A stretch of DNA of 64,000 bases from a virus (IMGVR_UViG_3300032328_000581:34887-98886), one strand, 5' to 3'. Shown: positions 26,625-38,200, counted from the first letter of the stretch. Numbers and translations are program-made. Notes: a model not told the origin generated them from the letters alone.

Positions 26625-28436
26625 TTATTCCCAACCCTTATCGGCTACGTCGACGGTATTTGAACTTCCACCGGGGCCTGTAGCGGTAATGTTTACCCAT
26701 CGAGCCCAACTATACTGAGAGCTATTTCTTGTTACCGTAGCGGATCCCCCTGCAGGAATGCTTCCACCAGTCCCGGTTGTAGAGGCTAGTACGCTTCCGC
26801 CATCTGAATTAGAGAACTGAAGTCCCCAGTTAAATGAAGTAGCTGCACCACCAGAGTTATTAACAGTGAGCGTCCAGCTATTAGGAGACCCCCCATTGTA
26901 ATTATTTGACGCAGTTATACTAGGTGCAGAGGGCGCCGAGGTAGTAAAGGTAACGGTAGGAGACTGAGTGTACGACGATGTTAGGCCGGTATTAAGATCA
27001 TAAGTAGCTACTCGAGCGTAGAAAGTTCCCGCAACCCGGTACTGATAGCTTAAGTCAGCAAGCCCTGCTGATCTTACTAATCCCCCACCGCTATTATAAA
27101 TATCAATTAAATAAGATAAGCTTCCAGAGCCGCCGCTTCCAGCTGTCCAACGGAAGGTTCCACCAGTAGGAGAAATGTCATCTGAACCAGTTACACTTCC
27201 CGGAGCATTAGGGGCTGTTGGGGCGGCATTTCTTGCTGTAATAACGTTTGAAGATAGTATTGGGGGAGTGCTAGTTCCTCCGGCATTAGTTGCTGTTGCA
27301 ACCCCCCTAAATATATTAGATGGGCTATTAGCTTGTCCCTGCGTAACTTGGAAAGATATGCTACTTGCTCCATTGCTTGAAATAACTCTACCCGAACCAG
27401 CATCTGGCGTACCGCTTGTGGTAGTAGTTATGTATACATCATAAGAAAATGGGCTGCCCGTAAATCCAGAAGCCGATGCGGTAACAAAAGTACCCACTTC
27501 TCCGCTTCCAGATAAAGTTACCGTTCCTCCTGTAGGAGCAGGGATGTTATCGAGAGTTACTGGGTCTCCCGATCCTGTAAGGGACGGTAACCCACCTTGT
27601 TGTACGCTTCCAATAGTATTTACGTTTTCCGTGTTTACCGGGTAAGACATAAATGAATACGATGCTCCAGGAGTCAATCCAGTAACTACCGCTTGACCGC
27701 CATTAGAATTTATAGTTCCCCAAAAAATTTGGTTACCTTGTCCTGAAGGGCCGTAATAGGCTAGGGCGCTTGTGGTATTTGCACCGAAAAAAGTTGCAAA
27801 AGTAAATGTATTTGTTCCTTTAGATACAAGAGAAACCGAAGGTCGGCTTGGGGTAGGGACGGTGTAGTCATAAACCGTATACCCTACAGTTTGCGGAACA
27901 GTGTAGTTACTTGCTGCAGGAATAGTTTGACTTGCAACTGTGTTGTGGTTGTTAGCGGTTGCCCCAGATGCGCTTCTTATAACTGAACCTACTGTGTTTC
28001 CTGCGTTAACAATTAAAGCATTTGCAGTTCCTTCGGTTTGACCCACAACATTTGGGACGGTAATAAATGCAAATACGTAATAACTAAGGTTTACTGTTTG
28101 AGCTGACAGATATACGCCTGGAGTTACGCTCTGTGAAGCAATGTTTCCATTGTTTGCCGGAGTAGCTCCGTTAGCATTATTAAGTATTGTATTAGTTCCG
28201 GGGGTATTTCCGGAGTTAGTTATGTTTGTTCTACCGGTAGCTAAAACTTGTCCTACAACATTTGGAACAACAAAAGCGCTATAAGTAAAGATTGATCGCC
28301 AAGTACCGGCAACTTTTACGTAGGCGTTAGTCACACCTAACCAGGTTCCGTTTACTTTTACGTAGGCCGTCTGTACCGAGTCAGTATCGGGGGATACCGT
28401 TCTCCATGTACCACCTACTTTTACGTACTTGGCCAT
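26625..28436 (-). CDS. Fibre/receptor-binding protein with two PASTA-like and several Fn3/Ig-like domains
   Basis: 3x YVKV.GTW N-terminal repeats; 2x VPNVVGQ...ASQ(S/T)..P PASTA-like units; VTGLTPGASYSF Fn3 motif. Confidence 0.7.
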   Translation of the reverse strand: MAKYVKVGGTWRTVSPDTDSVQTAYVKVNGTWLGVTNAYVKVAGTWRSIFTYSAFVVPNVVGQVLATGRTNITNSGNTPGTNTILNNANGATPANNGNIASQSVTPGVYLSAQTVNLSYYVFAFITVPNVVGQTEGTANALIVNAGNTVGSVIRSASGATANNHNTVASQTIPAASNYTVPQTVGYTVYDYTVPTPSRPSVSLVSKGTNTFTFATFFGANTTSALAYYGPSGQGNQIFWGTINSNGGQAVVTGLTPGASYSFMSYPVNTENVNTIGSVQQGGLPSLTGSGDPVTLDNIPAPTGGTVTLSGSGEVGTFVTASASGFTGSPFSYDVYITTTTSGTPDAGSGRVISSNGASSISFQVTQGQANSPSNIFRGVATATNAGGTSTPPILSSNVITARNAAPTAPNAPGSVTGSDDISPTGGTFRWTAGSGGSGSLSYLIDIYNSGGGLVRSAGLADLSYQYRVAGTFYARVATYDLNTGLTSSYTQSPTVTFTTSAPSAPSITASNNYNGGSPNSWTLTVNNSGGAATSFNWGLQFSNSDGGSVLASTTGTGGSIPAGGSATVTRNSSQYSWARWVNITATGPGGSSNTVDVADKGWE

Positions 28437-28439
28437 GGT

Positions 28440-28631
28440 CTACGCGTACTTAAACCAGATGTCCCCATCAGCACCGTCAGTACTTGTGGGTGCGGCAGTA
28501 GATGCAAAAACGTTTCTAAGAGCCCCTGTAGTGACGGTTGTTGGTGAGACTACTTTTGTGGCAGGGCCTACAACTAGATTAGTTGTAGAAGATATCGTTT
28601 CAAGTTTTTCAGGAAATTCTTTACGTGTCAT
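28440..28631 (-). CDS. Small fibre adaptor protein
   Basis: LRNVFASTAAP...GADGDIWFKY motif common in fibre joints. Confidence 0.55.
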   Translation of the reverse strand: MTRKEFPEKLETISSTTNLVVGPATKVVSPTTVTTGALRNVFASTAAPTSTDGADGDIWFKYA

Positions 28632-28972
28632 GCTGTTATTTGACTCCCAAACGCGTGAAAGGTAATAGATGAGGATGTTCCTGTAGCCACAGTAATTGTG
28701 TCATATGGGGCTAGGGTTATTCCAAGAGTAAATGTTTGTGTTGTGTTGCCTGCAATAGGTACAGTTAAAGCTAGTGCGTTTCCTGTGCTAGCTACAGCTG
28801 GGGTTGTACCGGTAGCCTTGCGAACATAAATAGTCGCAGTTGCTAGGGTTGGCGTCACATTGGCTACCGCAATAGTTGAGACAATAGTTTGGGTAGCTGC
28901 AGGGCTAGAGTATAGATCTAGGTTTGAACCGGATGGTGTAGCCTGTCCAAGAATGAGATAATTTGTAGGCAT
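28628..28972 (-). CDS. Small beta-sandwich virion protein
   Basis: MPTNYLILGQ...LGITL...FHAFGSQI. Confidence 0.6.
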   Translation of the reverse strand: MPTNYLILGQATPSGSNLDLYSSPAATQTIVSTIAVANVTPTLATATIYVRKATGTTPAVASTGNALALTVPIAGNTTQTFTLGITLAPYDTITVATGTSSSITFHAFGSQITA

Positions 28973-28986
28973 TGTGCTCCCTGTAA

Positions 28987-30039
28987 TTAGATGTGGCTAA
29001 GGTAGTACCCCATATTAACTTGATATCGCTCATTAGAGGGGTCTAAACTAAGAGCAATTTGCCCGTGCAGGGCTGCAGTTTCGTATTCTTTTAGGTTATA
29101 ACTTGCTAGTGCTAACAGGTCGTGAGGCAACGGCCCCCAAGCCCACGGTTCGCAAAAGTAATCAAGTGGTTTGGTTTCAATTTCTAAAGCTTTAGTAGCC
29201 CACTCATAAGCTTCTTTCCATTTACCGTGATCGTGGTAGTGCTGGGCCAGCTTCACTGATGACTCTCTTCTTGAGGGGTCCTCAAGGTAAGACTTCTTAA
29301 GCCAGAACTCCGCATTGTTAGGCTCACACTCAGCTAAATATCTGTATGAAGATGCCCTTTCAGGAGGCCATTTTGCAGAGTCTAACTTTAAATGTTTTTT
29401 AAACTGTATTGCAGCTTCTGGATATCTGCGCCAAAAGTAAAGCTCTCTACCGTAATAGAAGGTACAACGGTCATCTAATGGGTTTTCCTTAGCCGCTTCT
29501 TCAAGTAGCGTTAAATATTCTCCCCTGGATTTTGTTTCGTCTGGATGATGTTCTATCTGCAGATCTATCCACCCACGAGTTTCAGGAATTCGGTATGGGC
29601 TTGGTATTTCGTGAATAGGGTACTGCCAGCGATATCCTTGGCGAGCGTGGATTCTAATCCCACTAAATTGCATTCCCGGAGATCCATCAGGATTCCAGCT
29701 AGTGGTAAACATATATTGTGGTCTAGTCCATTTATTGGTGTAAGCCACCTCTAAATGTTCTCTCCACCCAGGAACTAAAACTTCGTCGAGATCCAAAGCA
29801 ATACAGTAATCAATATCCCCAGGGATAAGAGCGAGGCTAGCATTACGAGCATCGTCAAACCTCCAAGGTTTTACTGAAATGACGTGGGTTTCAATTCCAA
29901 AAGATTTTGCTAGTTCCACGGTCTTGTCCGTAGACCCGGTATCAGCAATCAGCAGTAAGTCAGCTTCTTTTGCCGAGTGATACCATCGTTTGACAAATTG
30001 CTCCTCATTGAGGGCAATAGCGTAAACAGCAGCTTTCAT
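28987..30039 (-). CDS. GT2-family glycosyltransferase with C-terminal TPR repeats
   Basis: IALNEE, ADTGSTDKT, RFDDARN, LDLDE (DxD), IHE, then helical TPR-like repeats; start MKAAVY at 30039. Confidence 0.88.
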   Translation of the reverse strand: MKAAVYAIALNEEQFVKRWYHSAKEADLLLIADTGSTDKTVELAKSFGIETHVISVKPWRFDDARNASLALIPGDIDYCIALDLDEVLVPGWREHLEVAYTNKWTRPQYMFTTSWNPDGSPGMQFSGIRIHARQGYRWQYPIHEIPSPYRIPETRGWIDLQIEHHPDETKSRGEYLTLLEEAAKENPLDDRCTFYYGRELYFWRRYPEAAIQFKKHLKLDSAKWPPERASSYRYLAECEPNNAEFWLKKSYLEDPSRRESSVKLAQHYHDHGKWKEAYEWATKALEIETKPLDYFCEPWAWGPLPHDLLALASYNLKEYETAALHGQIALSLDPSNERYQVNMGYYLSHI

Positions 30040-30045
30040 GCTAAT

Positions 30046-30054
30046 AGTGTAGCA
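30046..30054 (-). promoter_or_regulatory. Extended -10 (TGCTACACT) 6 nt before the glycosyltransferase ATG; leaderless promoter
   Basis: TGn-TANNNT geometry, no RBS present. Confidence 0.5.
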
Positions 30055-30093
30055 AAAGAAAAGCCCCACCAGTCCCTGGGGACGATGGGGAGC
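30055..30093 (-). terminator. Rho-independent terminator after fibre genes
   Basis: CCCCATC-GTCCC/GGGAC-T-GGTGGGG hairpin followed by CTTTTCTTTT. Confidence 0.6.
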
Positions 30094-30105
30094 TAATCTT
30101 TAAAA

Positions 30106-30486
30106 TTAAGCGATGTTAGCGAACTCTACTGCACCGTAGATAGTTGATCCACCGTCAGAAGAGTAGAACTTTAGAACAGTCTTGCCGGATGCTACGATAG
30201 TTGGGACTGAGCCACCATCCCAGGTAACTCCAGAGAATGTGACGACGTTAGCGCCACGGTTAGCTACTTCAACAAGCCACTGATTAGCGTAACCGCTAGG
30301 GATGTTTGTAAAAGTAACGGCTGTGTTTCCAGCTAGTGAGCTAATACGAGAAACCGCACCATTAGTTATAGAGATATTAATGGCTCCAGTTGAACCTGTA
30401 ATAGTCTGCAGGCGTGTAGTGTTGCCCGCATTAATGTAGGCGTCTACGGACTCCGCTAGTACGGTTGGCTGTGAGGAAATGGCCAT
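30106..30486 (-). CDS. Fibre-associated beta-sandwich protein
   Basis: VTWDGGSVPT...VLKFYSSDGGSTIYG C-terminal motif of fibre modules. Confidence 0.6.
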   Translation of the reverse strand: MAISSQPTVLAESVDAYINAGNTTRLQTITGSTGAINISITNGAVSRISSLAGNTAVTFTNIPSGYANQWLVEVANRGANVVTFSGVTWDGGSVPTIVASGKTVLKFYSSDGGSTIYGAVEFANIA

Positions 30487-30488
30487 TA

Positions 30489-30785
30489 TTACTTACCTTT
30501 CTTAGATGATGCTTCTGAAGATTCTTCTTCAACAAGTTCTGCTTCAATAATTTCTTCAACTTCTCCGACAAACCCTTGATTTGTCCAAATAAGTTTTGCC
30601 TCGGGAGAGAGGTTTGGCGGATACCAAACCCCATTCTCACGAGTCCAACCTGTACCTGGCTGAGGATCAAGATTGGTAATATCTACAACTTCGTATATTG
30701 AAGCAAATACCCCAATCTGATCTTCAGTGTCAGATACAACTACGTTTACCACGTAGGTGTCGGATAAAAGTGCGTATTTTGCCAT
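30489..30785 (-). CDS. Fibre assembly chaperone-like protein
   Basis: MAKYAL...VVNVVV...PGTGWT..NG.W.PP; directly follows the Gly-rich fibre. Confidence 0.55.
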   Translation of the reverse strand: MAKYALLSDTYVVNVVVSDTEDQIGVFASIYEVVDITNLDPQPGTGWTRENGVWYPPNLSPEAKLIWTNQGFVGEVEEIIEAELVEEESSEASSKKGK

Positions 30786-30795
30786 TTACTAGATC

Positions 30796-33700
30796 CTATG
30801 CAGTGGTCTTATCAAACCAGCGAATAAGCGCAAGCCCATCAGCACCAAAACCACCTGTTGATAGGTAAGGGAAGTACTGAATATCGCTAATATCCACATC
30901 AACAACATCTGTTCCATCCATGTAAAGAAATTCCCATGTGATGTCAAAGTATGCTGCATTTGCTGGTGCTGGCAATGTCTGCCAAGCAGATGTAGCTGCA
31001 GTAGCTTGTCCTAGGTATGTAATTGTGCTTGTTGCAGTGAATATGATGTCAAATGGTGGACGTTCTTCACGGATAAGTCCCCCGTCAGCTCGTCTCCATC
31101 GAACAGTTGGGCGTACACGCTTAGAAACGTTGAACTGGGTGCTAGTTACACCAACAGTTGCTGTTGTTAGACGTGCTGCAACACCTGTGAACAAGAGTGG
31201 TGTACGTGGTAGTACTGCATAACCCTGCCATGCTGTTGAAATCTTTGCATTTCCAACATCTTGCATTGTTGCACGAAGTACGTTTGAGCTGTAGAAACCA
31301 GCCTGTGCAGAAAGTTGAATCGCTGCGTTGTAGATTGAGTACCACTTTGTAAGGTCAGCACCAGAGTTTTCATAGTTAACTGCACGTCCTGCTAGGAAGT
31401 GAGTAACTGTAGTTAGAGGTGAGTTTGCGAGGTTTGTAGAACCACCACCGCCACCTCCACCGGTGTTAGCTTGACCGTCAATACCGCGAGCGTAATAGTC
31501 AGATGTACCGCCACCAATTTGAACTAGATAGGTACCACCACCCTTACCGCCGCCGCCGTTTCCGCGTCCAGGTACGATCTGGTTTTGTGAGTGTGCGACC
31601 CATCCTGCACCGCCACCTCCGCCGCCAAGAGCCATACCAGATGGGTTGCCGTTAAGGCCTGTTGGCCATACACCAGCTCCACCATCTCCTGCGTAAGCAG
31701 GTGCAGATCCAATTGATCCAGCGGAAGTTGTATTCCAAACTGCGTATCCACCGAGGTTACCGCGTAGTGGGAATGTCATCATAGATGATCCACCAGAGGT
31801 GTTCCAACCGCTTGTGTAAGCAAATGTAGTTGAGTTAGAAGGAGCAGCCATGTATTGAACTGCGTTCATACCAGAACCGTTAGATCCACCACCGCCACCT
31901 GCTAGGGTAGGAAGTGTTGCGGTAGAGTTGAAGGCTGCGTGGCCTCCGTTATTACCGCCCTGTAGACCATACTGCCAGTGAATGTTGTTAGAGTTATAGG
32001 TACCGCCACCACCGCCGCCTTCTGCAATTACAAAGGCGCCTGTCTGTGAGATCAGTGGTGAGTTTCCTGGTGCTCCAGCCCATACAATAGTAGAGCTAGG
32101 CTCTTTAACTGTAGTTGCAGTAGCGCCAATTTCAAGCTGAGGAGCCACAACGTGGAACTCAACGTTTGTTGCTGTCGCTGTCTGCGCACCGTTAAGTTGG
32201 AATACACCAAACTTAACAAATGCTGTTGATGCTGGGGCAGTTGCAGTAACTCCTACACGAACTGGGTGAGATGCCGCATAGTTTGATGAGGTTACAAACT
32301 GGTTAGCTGTTGCTACACCAAAGATTGGAGCAAATGTATTTGTTCCAGTGCTTCGAGCCAGTGAGTTATAGTCTGCATCAAAGAACTCTAGGAAAGCTAG
32401 GAATGGTCGGTAAGATGAGGAAGCTCCACCGGCAATTACGAAAGCAGATCCAGAGTATTGAGTTCCTGCAGATGCGCGAACAAATCGGTGAGATGTTTCT
32501 AGGTTACCTAGTGTTGCTGTGTTTGACTGAACAATTGCAGAAGACGATTCAGCAATCATTGGTGGCATCCACTGGGTAGCGGTAGATCCAATTTCTAGTT
32601 GTGCGTTATCAAACCAGTATGTTACGCCACCTTGATGTAGAACAATAGATGGGTATACGAACTGAGGAGTAGCTCCAAAAGCATACTGGCTGTTTGCTGT
32701 AGCTGTACTAATTGTAGGTGTTGTAAATGTTGCAGAAATTCGGCGCCATCCATTTTGACCAGTAGTTGTATTTGCACCAAGAATCTGTAGTGAAGATGGT
32801 GTAGTCAGTGTCAAGGTAGAGTTGACTGGGATAACCGCTGTAGTTGCAGCAGATATAGTAATTGTAGTTGTAGCGCCAGTTGTAACAGCTGTAATTGTAG
32901 TGTTTGCCGGAATACCTGTTCCAGTAATAGCCATTCCTCGAAGAACGCCTGTACCAGTAGTATTTAGGGTTATATTAGTTGCACCACTAGCTACTTCAGC
33001 AGCTGTTGTGGCAGTAATAGTTCCACCATAACCCGCTAGTGCAGCTGTTGGGCTTACTTCACGAACAAAGAATCCGTTTGCTGTTCCAGCATCAATAGAT
33101 GATGTAGTACCGGTGTTAGTTCCGCCAGCATAAGATACGTTGCTCTGTGCCGCAAAAGATCCGCCTGTAGAACGAAGTTGGAATCTAATTGGTGTAACAG
33201 CAGCAATATCTACGTTTGTTGATACGTATACGGAGAATGTATATGTTGCTCCAGGAACGTATGGGACACCGCGAGTACCGGCTGCTGTTGACTGACCAGA
33301 AGCATCAGATACAGAAGTCGTGTTGTTAATGCTTGAGAAACTTACCCATGTTGGGTTAACAAGAGTTACCGCACCTGCAGTAGTAGCTGAAAGTGCATAC
33401 GCTCCAGTTCCGCCTGTGTAGGAGAAGGTAACTGTTGCACCAGAAATTGGGGCGGTAGTTGCAGCGCTGACAGTTACTTGAGTAGCGCTGTCTACGCTAA
33501 GTACTACAGTTCCTACAGGAATGCTAGTACCTACTAGAAGCATATTTGGAAGGATGTTAGTTGTGTCGCTAACAGTAATTACTGTTGCTCCACTAGCAGC
33601 CGAGATAGTACGTGTATAAGGGGCAGCCATTTCAGCTAGTTTTGAAGGCATACCTGAGCTGTTAATAGCCAATGTTGCTGCGTTTGTACCAAATGAACGA

Positions 33701-34545
33701 ATTAGAGTTCCCGCAATTGTTGTTGTGCCGGGCTCTTCTAGTTGTGAAATTTGTGGCATCAACAGGTTGTTAGACAAGTTTAAGAACTGCGGTGATGTGG
33801 CTGATCCGACCAACTGAGGGTTAGAAGTTAAAGCACCGCCACCTGAAGAGATGTTCTGGTACAAAATTGTGCTTGGACGTACAACTGAGTCGTTGTAATC
33901 AAAAGCAGCCAAAGCGTTTACCGCAGCAGTATTTGGTCCACCTAGGGTGATAACGTTACCTGATACAGACACTACGATGTTGTTTGGGCTTACAGCTAGA
34001 CCAGTAATTGCTGTACCAGTAATAGTAGTGAGCGCCATACCTGGAACAATTCCTGTAGCGTTTGGTGTAGCGGTTACTGTTGCTTGACCGTTAACGCCAA
34101 TAATTTGGCGGAAAGTTAGGTTTGAATCCCATTGTGCTGGGGCATAATCAAATAGAGAGTTAGGAAGAAGGTTGGCAACAGTTAAAGTACCAAATGTTGT
34201 TGAACCGCCGTTAACTCCTGGAAGAGTGTTGGTTACGTCAGTTGCTGTAAGGATTGATCCTTGACCGCCTTGACCACCAGCACCAATATTAAGTGCATAG
34301 TTTGTGCCGGGAACAACAGCTACATTTCGAACAATTACCTGTCCGCCACCGCCGCCACCGCCTGCAACCGCAGATGAACCTCCGCCGCCGCCACCGCCAC
34401 CGCCGACAAGGATAACCTGAGCACTGGTAATACCAGTTGGCGCAGTCCAAGAACCATTGGTGGTAAATACTGCTTCATTGACCGAAACTCGAGCTGAGCT
34501 GTCGTTTGGAAATACAATGAATTCTTTACTGGATGAAATTGGCAT
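30796..34545 (-). CDS. Large glycine-rich tail fibre/receptor-binding protein (1249 aa)
   Basis: FTTNGSWTAPTGIT...LVGGGGGG, poly-Gly blocks, GQANTGGGGGGG, QLEIG..AT CBM-like repeats. Confidence 0.75.
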   Translation of the reverse strand: MPISSSKEFIVFPNDSSARVSVNEAVFTTNGSWTAPTGITSAQVILVGGGGGGGGGSSAVAGGGGGGGQVIVRNVAVVPGTNYALNIGAGGQGGQGSILTATDVTNTLPGVNGGSTTFGTLTVANLLPNSLFDYAPAQWDSNLTFRQIIGVNGQATVTATPNATGIVPGMALTTITGTAITGLAVSPNNIVVSVSGNVITLGGPNTAAVNALAAFDYNDSVVRPSTILYQNISSGGGALTSNPQLVGSATSPQFLNLSNNLLMPQISQLEEPGTTTIAGTLIRSFGTNAATLAINSSGMPSKLAEMAAPYTRTISAASGATVITVSDTTNILPNMLLVGTSIPVGTVVLSVDSATQVTVSAATTAPISGATVTFSYTGGTGAYALSATTAGAVTLVNPTWVSFSSINNTTSVSDASGQSTAAGTRGVPYVPGATYTFSVYVSTNVDIAAVTPIRFQLRSTGGSFAAQSNVSYAGGTNTGTTSSIDAGTANGFFVREVSPTAALAGYGGTITATTAAEVASGATNITLNTTGTGVLRGMAITGTGIPANTTITAVTTGATTTITISAATTAVIPVNSTLTLTTPSSLQILGANTTTGQNGWRRISATFTTPTISTATANSQYAFGATPQFVYPSIVLHQGGVTYWFDNAQLEIGSTATQWMPPMIAESSSAIVQSNTATLGNLETSHRFVRASAGTQYSGSAFVIAGGASSSYRPFLAFLEFFDADYNSLARSTGTNTFAPIFGVATANQFVTSSNYAASHPVRVGVTATAPASTAFVKFGVFQLNGAQTATATNVEFHVVAPQLEIGATATTVKEPSSTIVWAGAPGNSPLISQTGAFVIAEGGGGGGTYNSNNIHWQYGLQGGNNGGHAAFNSTATLPTLAGGGGGSNGSGMNAVQYMAAPSNSTTFAYTSGWNTSGGSSMMTFPLRGNLGGYAVWNTTSAGSIGSAPAYAGDGGAGVWPTGLNGNPSGMALGGGGGGAGWVAHSQNQIVPGRGNGGGGKGGGTYLVQIGGGTSDYYARGIDGQANTGGGGGGGSTNLANSPLTTVTHFLAGRAVNYENSGADLTKWYSIYNAAIQLSAQAGFYSSNVLRATMQDVGNAKISTAWQGYAVLPRTPLLFTGVAARLTTATVGVTSTQFNVSKRVRPTVRWRRADGGLIREERPPFDIIFTATSTITYLGQATAATSAWQTLPAPANAAYFDITWEFLYMDGTDVVDVDISDIQYFPYLSTGGFGADGLALIRWFDKTTA

Positions 34546-34562
34546 GGATAATTACCTGTCCC

Positions 34563-34871
34563 TTAGTTGCTAACGATAACGCCGGAGATTAAGAAATCTA
34601 CAGACGCCGCTGCGTCAGAGGTAACTACTAGCGACTCTGTCGGAAGTATTACCGTACGTGTATCAAAATTTACAGTTCCATTTCCAGGAACTTGAAGACC
34701 TGTGCAGAAAGAAAAGCCACCCACAAGAATAGTTACTGTGCGTGTTGATCCTGTCTTGTTAGACAAGATGATGTTTGTGATAATTCCGGTGTTACCGCTG
34801 GTTACTGGAGTTGTACCAGCGTCTGTTGTACCAGCAGTTCCAGCACGAAAGCGATTTACTGTAGTTGCCAT
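34563..34871 (-). CDS. Small beta-sandwich virion protein
   Basis: ITNIILSN...VDFLISGV; similar pattern to 28628-28972. Confidence 0.6.
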   Translation of the reverse strand: MATTVNRFRAGTAGTTDAGTTPVTSGNTGIITNIILSNKTGSTRTVTILVGGFSFCTGLQVPGNGTVNFDTRTVILPTESLVVTSDAAASVDFLISGVIVSN

Positions 34872-35209
34872 TAGGCTAGGACCCCCATATAACTTAGGAT
34901 TGATAGATCGGAAGCTTCCGCGCTTATTGCGGCAAGCTTATTATTTCCCGCGGTGTTAACCGCAGAAACCTGTGTAGTACCTGCGGTGTTAACAGCAGTA
35001 ACCTGTGTTGTACCGGCAGTAGTAATTGACGTCACCTGTCCAGCTGTTGCTGCAACGACGTCATTAACCCCAAGTAGGGTACCTAGAGTCTCTAGGGATT
35101 TAGAAACAAAAACTAAATCTTGTGCCGTATATGTGCTGGCTGCAAGGCTGGAAGTAATCTCCGCCTTTACGGCCTCAATTTGAGTTGATAAACTGTCATA
35201 ACTAGGCAT
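34871..35209 (-). CDS. Fibre adaptor with TAGTTQV.AVN repeats
   Basis: Three ~11-aa tandem repeats and a hydrophobic C-terminus. Confidence 0.6.
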   Translation of the reverse strand: MPSYDSLSTQIEAVKAEITSSLAASTYTAQDLVFVSKSLETLGTLLGVNDVVAATAGQVTSITTAGTTQVTAVNTAGTTQVSAVNTAGNNKLAAISAEASDLSILSYMGVLA

Positions 35210-35281
35210 CTAGTCCTGCTTTCTGGGATATATTATGAATTGTAGCATACTTAAGAACTTTGTTTATATAAAAAGACGGCA

Positions 35282-38200
35282 TTATGCCTGGGCCTCCGTC
35301 CAAGAGATACGAGCCGAGATGTTAGAGGCAACAGCACCAATATTGGTGGCTGTAATAACCAAAATATCCGGCCCATTTGGGAAAGACGGGGTCAATGGAT
35401 TTCCATTTCCACCTAAAATTGAGTTTCCAAGCTCTCTAATAGCTCTAAGGTCTACCGCGGTTACGTTATAGGACGATGCCGAACCATTTTCCGTAAATAC
35501 GGAGATAACAGAGTCACCGCCTGAAGAAAGTCCGGATGGAACTCCTGAGGCTGGTACGTCTCCAGCACCCGGACCCGTATTATCAAAATATAGTACCTGC
35601 GCCAAAGATCCGCCGGAGATAAGGTCTTTAGTCCAGTCATTTGGAAGACCGGTATAAGCAACTCTTGGTGTGAAGGTTACAGTTGTATTAACAGTTCCGG
35701 AGTTAGCAGTAGTTAAGTATACGCGATCTCCAGCGGTGTAGTTAACGGTGTTAGTGCCTGAAGCACCGATATTTGTTCCGGAAACTAACATACCTGGCAC
35801 AATACCGTTAGTTCCCTTTACGTCAGTTATAACAATAAATGGGTTTCCAGAAACTCCAGTAGCGGTTCTTGCAGCCGCCATAGCTGTTGTTGTGTGGGCA
35901 GTATACGAAAGGAATGATGGGTTTAATATTCCGTCTAGACGGAAAGATCCATTAGTCTGCACACCCATAGACGCTAACTGTAGCTGCATTCTATTTGTAA
36001 GTTCTCGAACACCAAAGTTACGAGCTAAGCCGTTATCTACTGATGGGGCTAGGCGAATTGCTAGCAACGGACGTGTTGTTCCCGCTGGAATAGATAGGTA
36101 CTTTGTCATACCTCCGGTAAAGATGTAGTTTTGGTCGTTATCAAAACGGCCATCCATAATTACTGAAGAACCCCAGTGAGACAACATTGGTGCACAAGTT
36201 TGATTAATTGGTTGCACAGAAACCTGAGCATCTCCGCCAGAACCATTAATAGACGAGTCCGGGGTAAATACCACAGGTAGTGTTGTTCCTGAGTAAGTAA
36301 AGTTTTGATCAGGGAAGTTTATAGTAACTGATCTACGTCTTTGTAGGCCGTTAAGTTGATATCCCTGCTTTACTGGGTCATAAGACCCAATGCTAGAATA
36401 AGTCATAAGCTCAATATTTGTAACATCTTGAACTAAGATAGTTCCTGAAGCTGGCCAATAAGCGGCATCCTCAACCCACATAGATGTATGGTTTGCTTCA
36501 ATTGAGGAACCTATTGTTCCAGAAGCTCCGGCAATAGCCCTACTAAATTTAATTGGGTCATTTGCTACTTCATAGCGTGCTGGCAGGTTACCTGAACGCT
36601 GGTATGCTGCAACATTCTTGTTGTTATTTGCAATCTGGTGGAAATAAACAATATCTCCAGCAACGCCACGAACACCATAGCGAATAAAACCAGCGCCGTA
36701 CCAAGAGTAGTCAATATAAACCATCTGCATCTTCTTAGTATCAAGCTCAAAACCAGAAGGGCCTGTTCCGTCTAGCTTATCAATATTCCAGTCAGACTGT
36801 CTAAACCTCTTAGTTTGAGTTAACAGTGCACGTACGTTAGCGGCAGAAGCCCCACGATATGCTGGGGAAATAAACAATTGAGTATCGCTACCAATAGCAA
36901 TAATTCTGTAAGATCCGCCTCGAATAACTAAACTCTCTCCAACAAGTAGTTGTTTTCTAAATTGAGTTCCAATACCAGTGACTATGTTTGAGTTTGTTGT
37001 TACTGAAACCCTTCCCATAATTTCTTTTTCGGAGTGTCGTCGGCAAACAGATAGGCCTTGACCATCAAACTCAAAAAAGAACCCATTTTGATCGTCAAAC
37101 ATTCCGGTTCTAGTTACTCCGCCATCCCACTCGTAAACTGTCAAAAAACCTAGTCCGGCTGGGGTTAAGTCGATTGAAGGTACAGTAGCGGTAATGTTAA
37201 GATTAATACGTAATGTTTTAGAGTTAACTACCTGAGATACTACAAAATTGCCGTTAAAGGGGTTGTATGAAGATGCGCGGCTTACTTCCATACCTTCAAT
37301 AAATATTTTTGCCCCGACTTGTAAGCAGTGATCTTGTTGGGTAGTAATTGTTGCAAATTGAGTTCCAACATTTCCAGCGTTTAATACATATTGTTGAATA
37401 TCAAATGTTGGAGTAAATTTAGATCCTGTAGAGTATTGAATTCCTTTACCTGACTGATAACGGAAATAGCGTCGAGTTTGACGTATTGTGGAAGATCCAG
37501 GTACGTTGTTGTACGTTGTTAGTTGAACCCCTCCGTCAGCAGGGCGGTGAATTATGTACCCATCACTTTTTGCAATAATTACCGCTGTATTTGGCACAAC
37601 TACTGAGGTCTGTACTCTACCCAAGTCAATTATGGCTGTTCTAGTTGTTGGAGTAGACGTGATTGCGTAAGTACCGTCAAAACTGTTTGTATTTGATACA
37701 ACTATTTGTGTTCCTGGGTACAACCCATGAGGAGTTTCAAAAACAATAGTCACTTGAGATGACGGTGAATTTCCGTTTGAAGTAGCGTTCCACGGACGAA
37801 GTGAGTTTAAGCCTCCAGGGATACCCAATGAATTTGAGGTATTTACTCCGCCAGGAATGTGAGCGTTATCAAAAATGTCGCCACCATATACTGAGGTAGT
37901 TCCAACATTTACAAGCTCTCCGCCTACAACTCCCTTACAGACGTATGTAAATTGAGTTCCAGAAACTAGAGAGGCAATTAAAAACGTTCCCTCAACTAAT
38001 CCGCTTTGAGCGTCTTGTACGCTAACAATATTTCCTGCAACTAAACCGTGAGGCTGAGCAGTAGTTACTGTGACCGTAGATCTAGGTCCCAAACCATTTG
38101 CAGAAAGAGAGGTTACTTCAAAAGAGTTACCGCCCGATCCTTTTGGAAAGAACGAAGGATAGTTTGAAGTTAAAAATAGGGATTCCCACTTAGATGGCTG

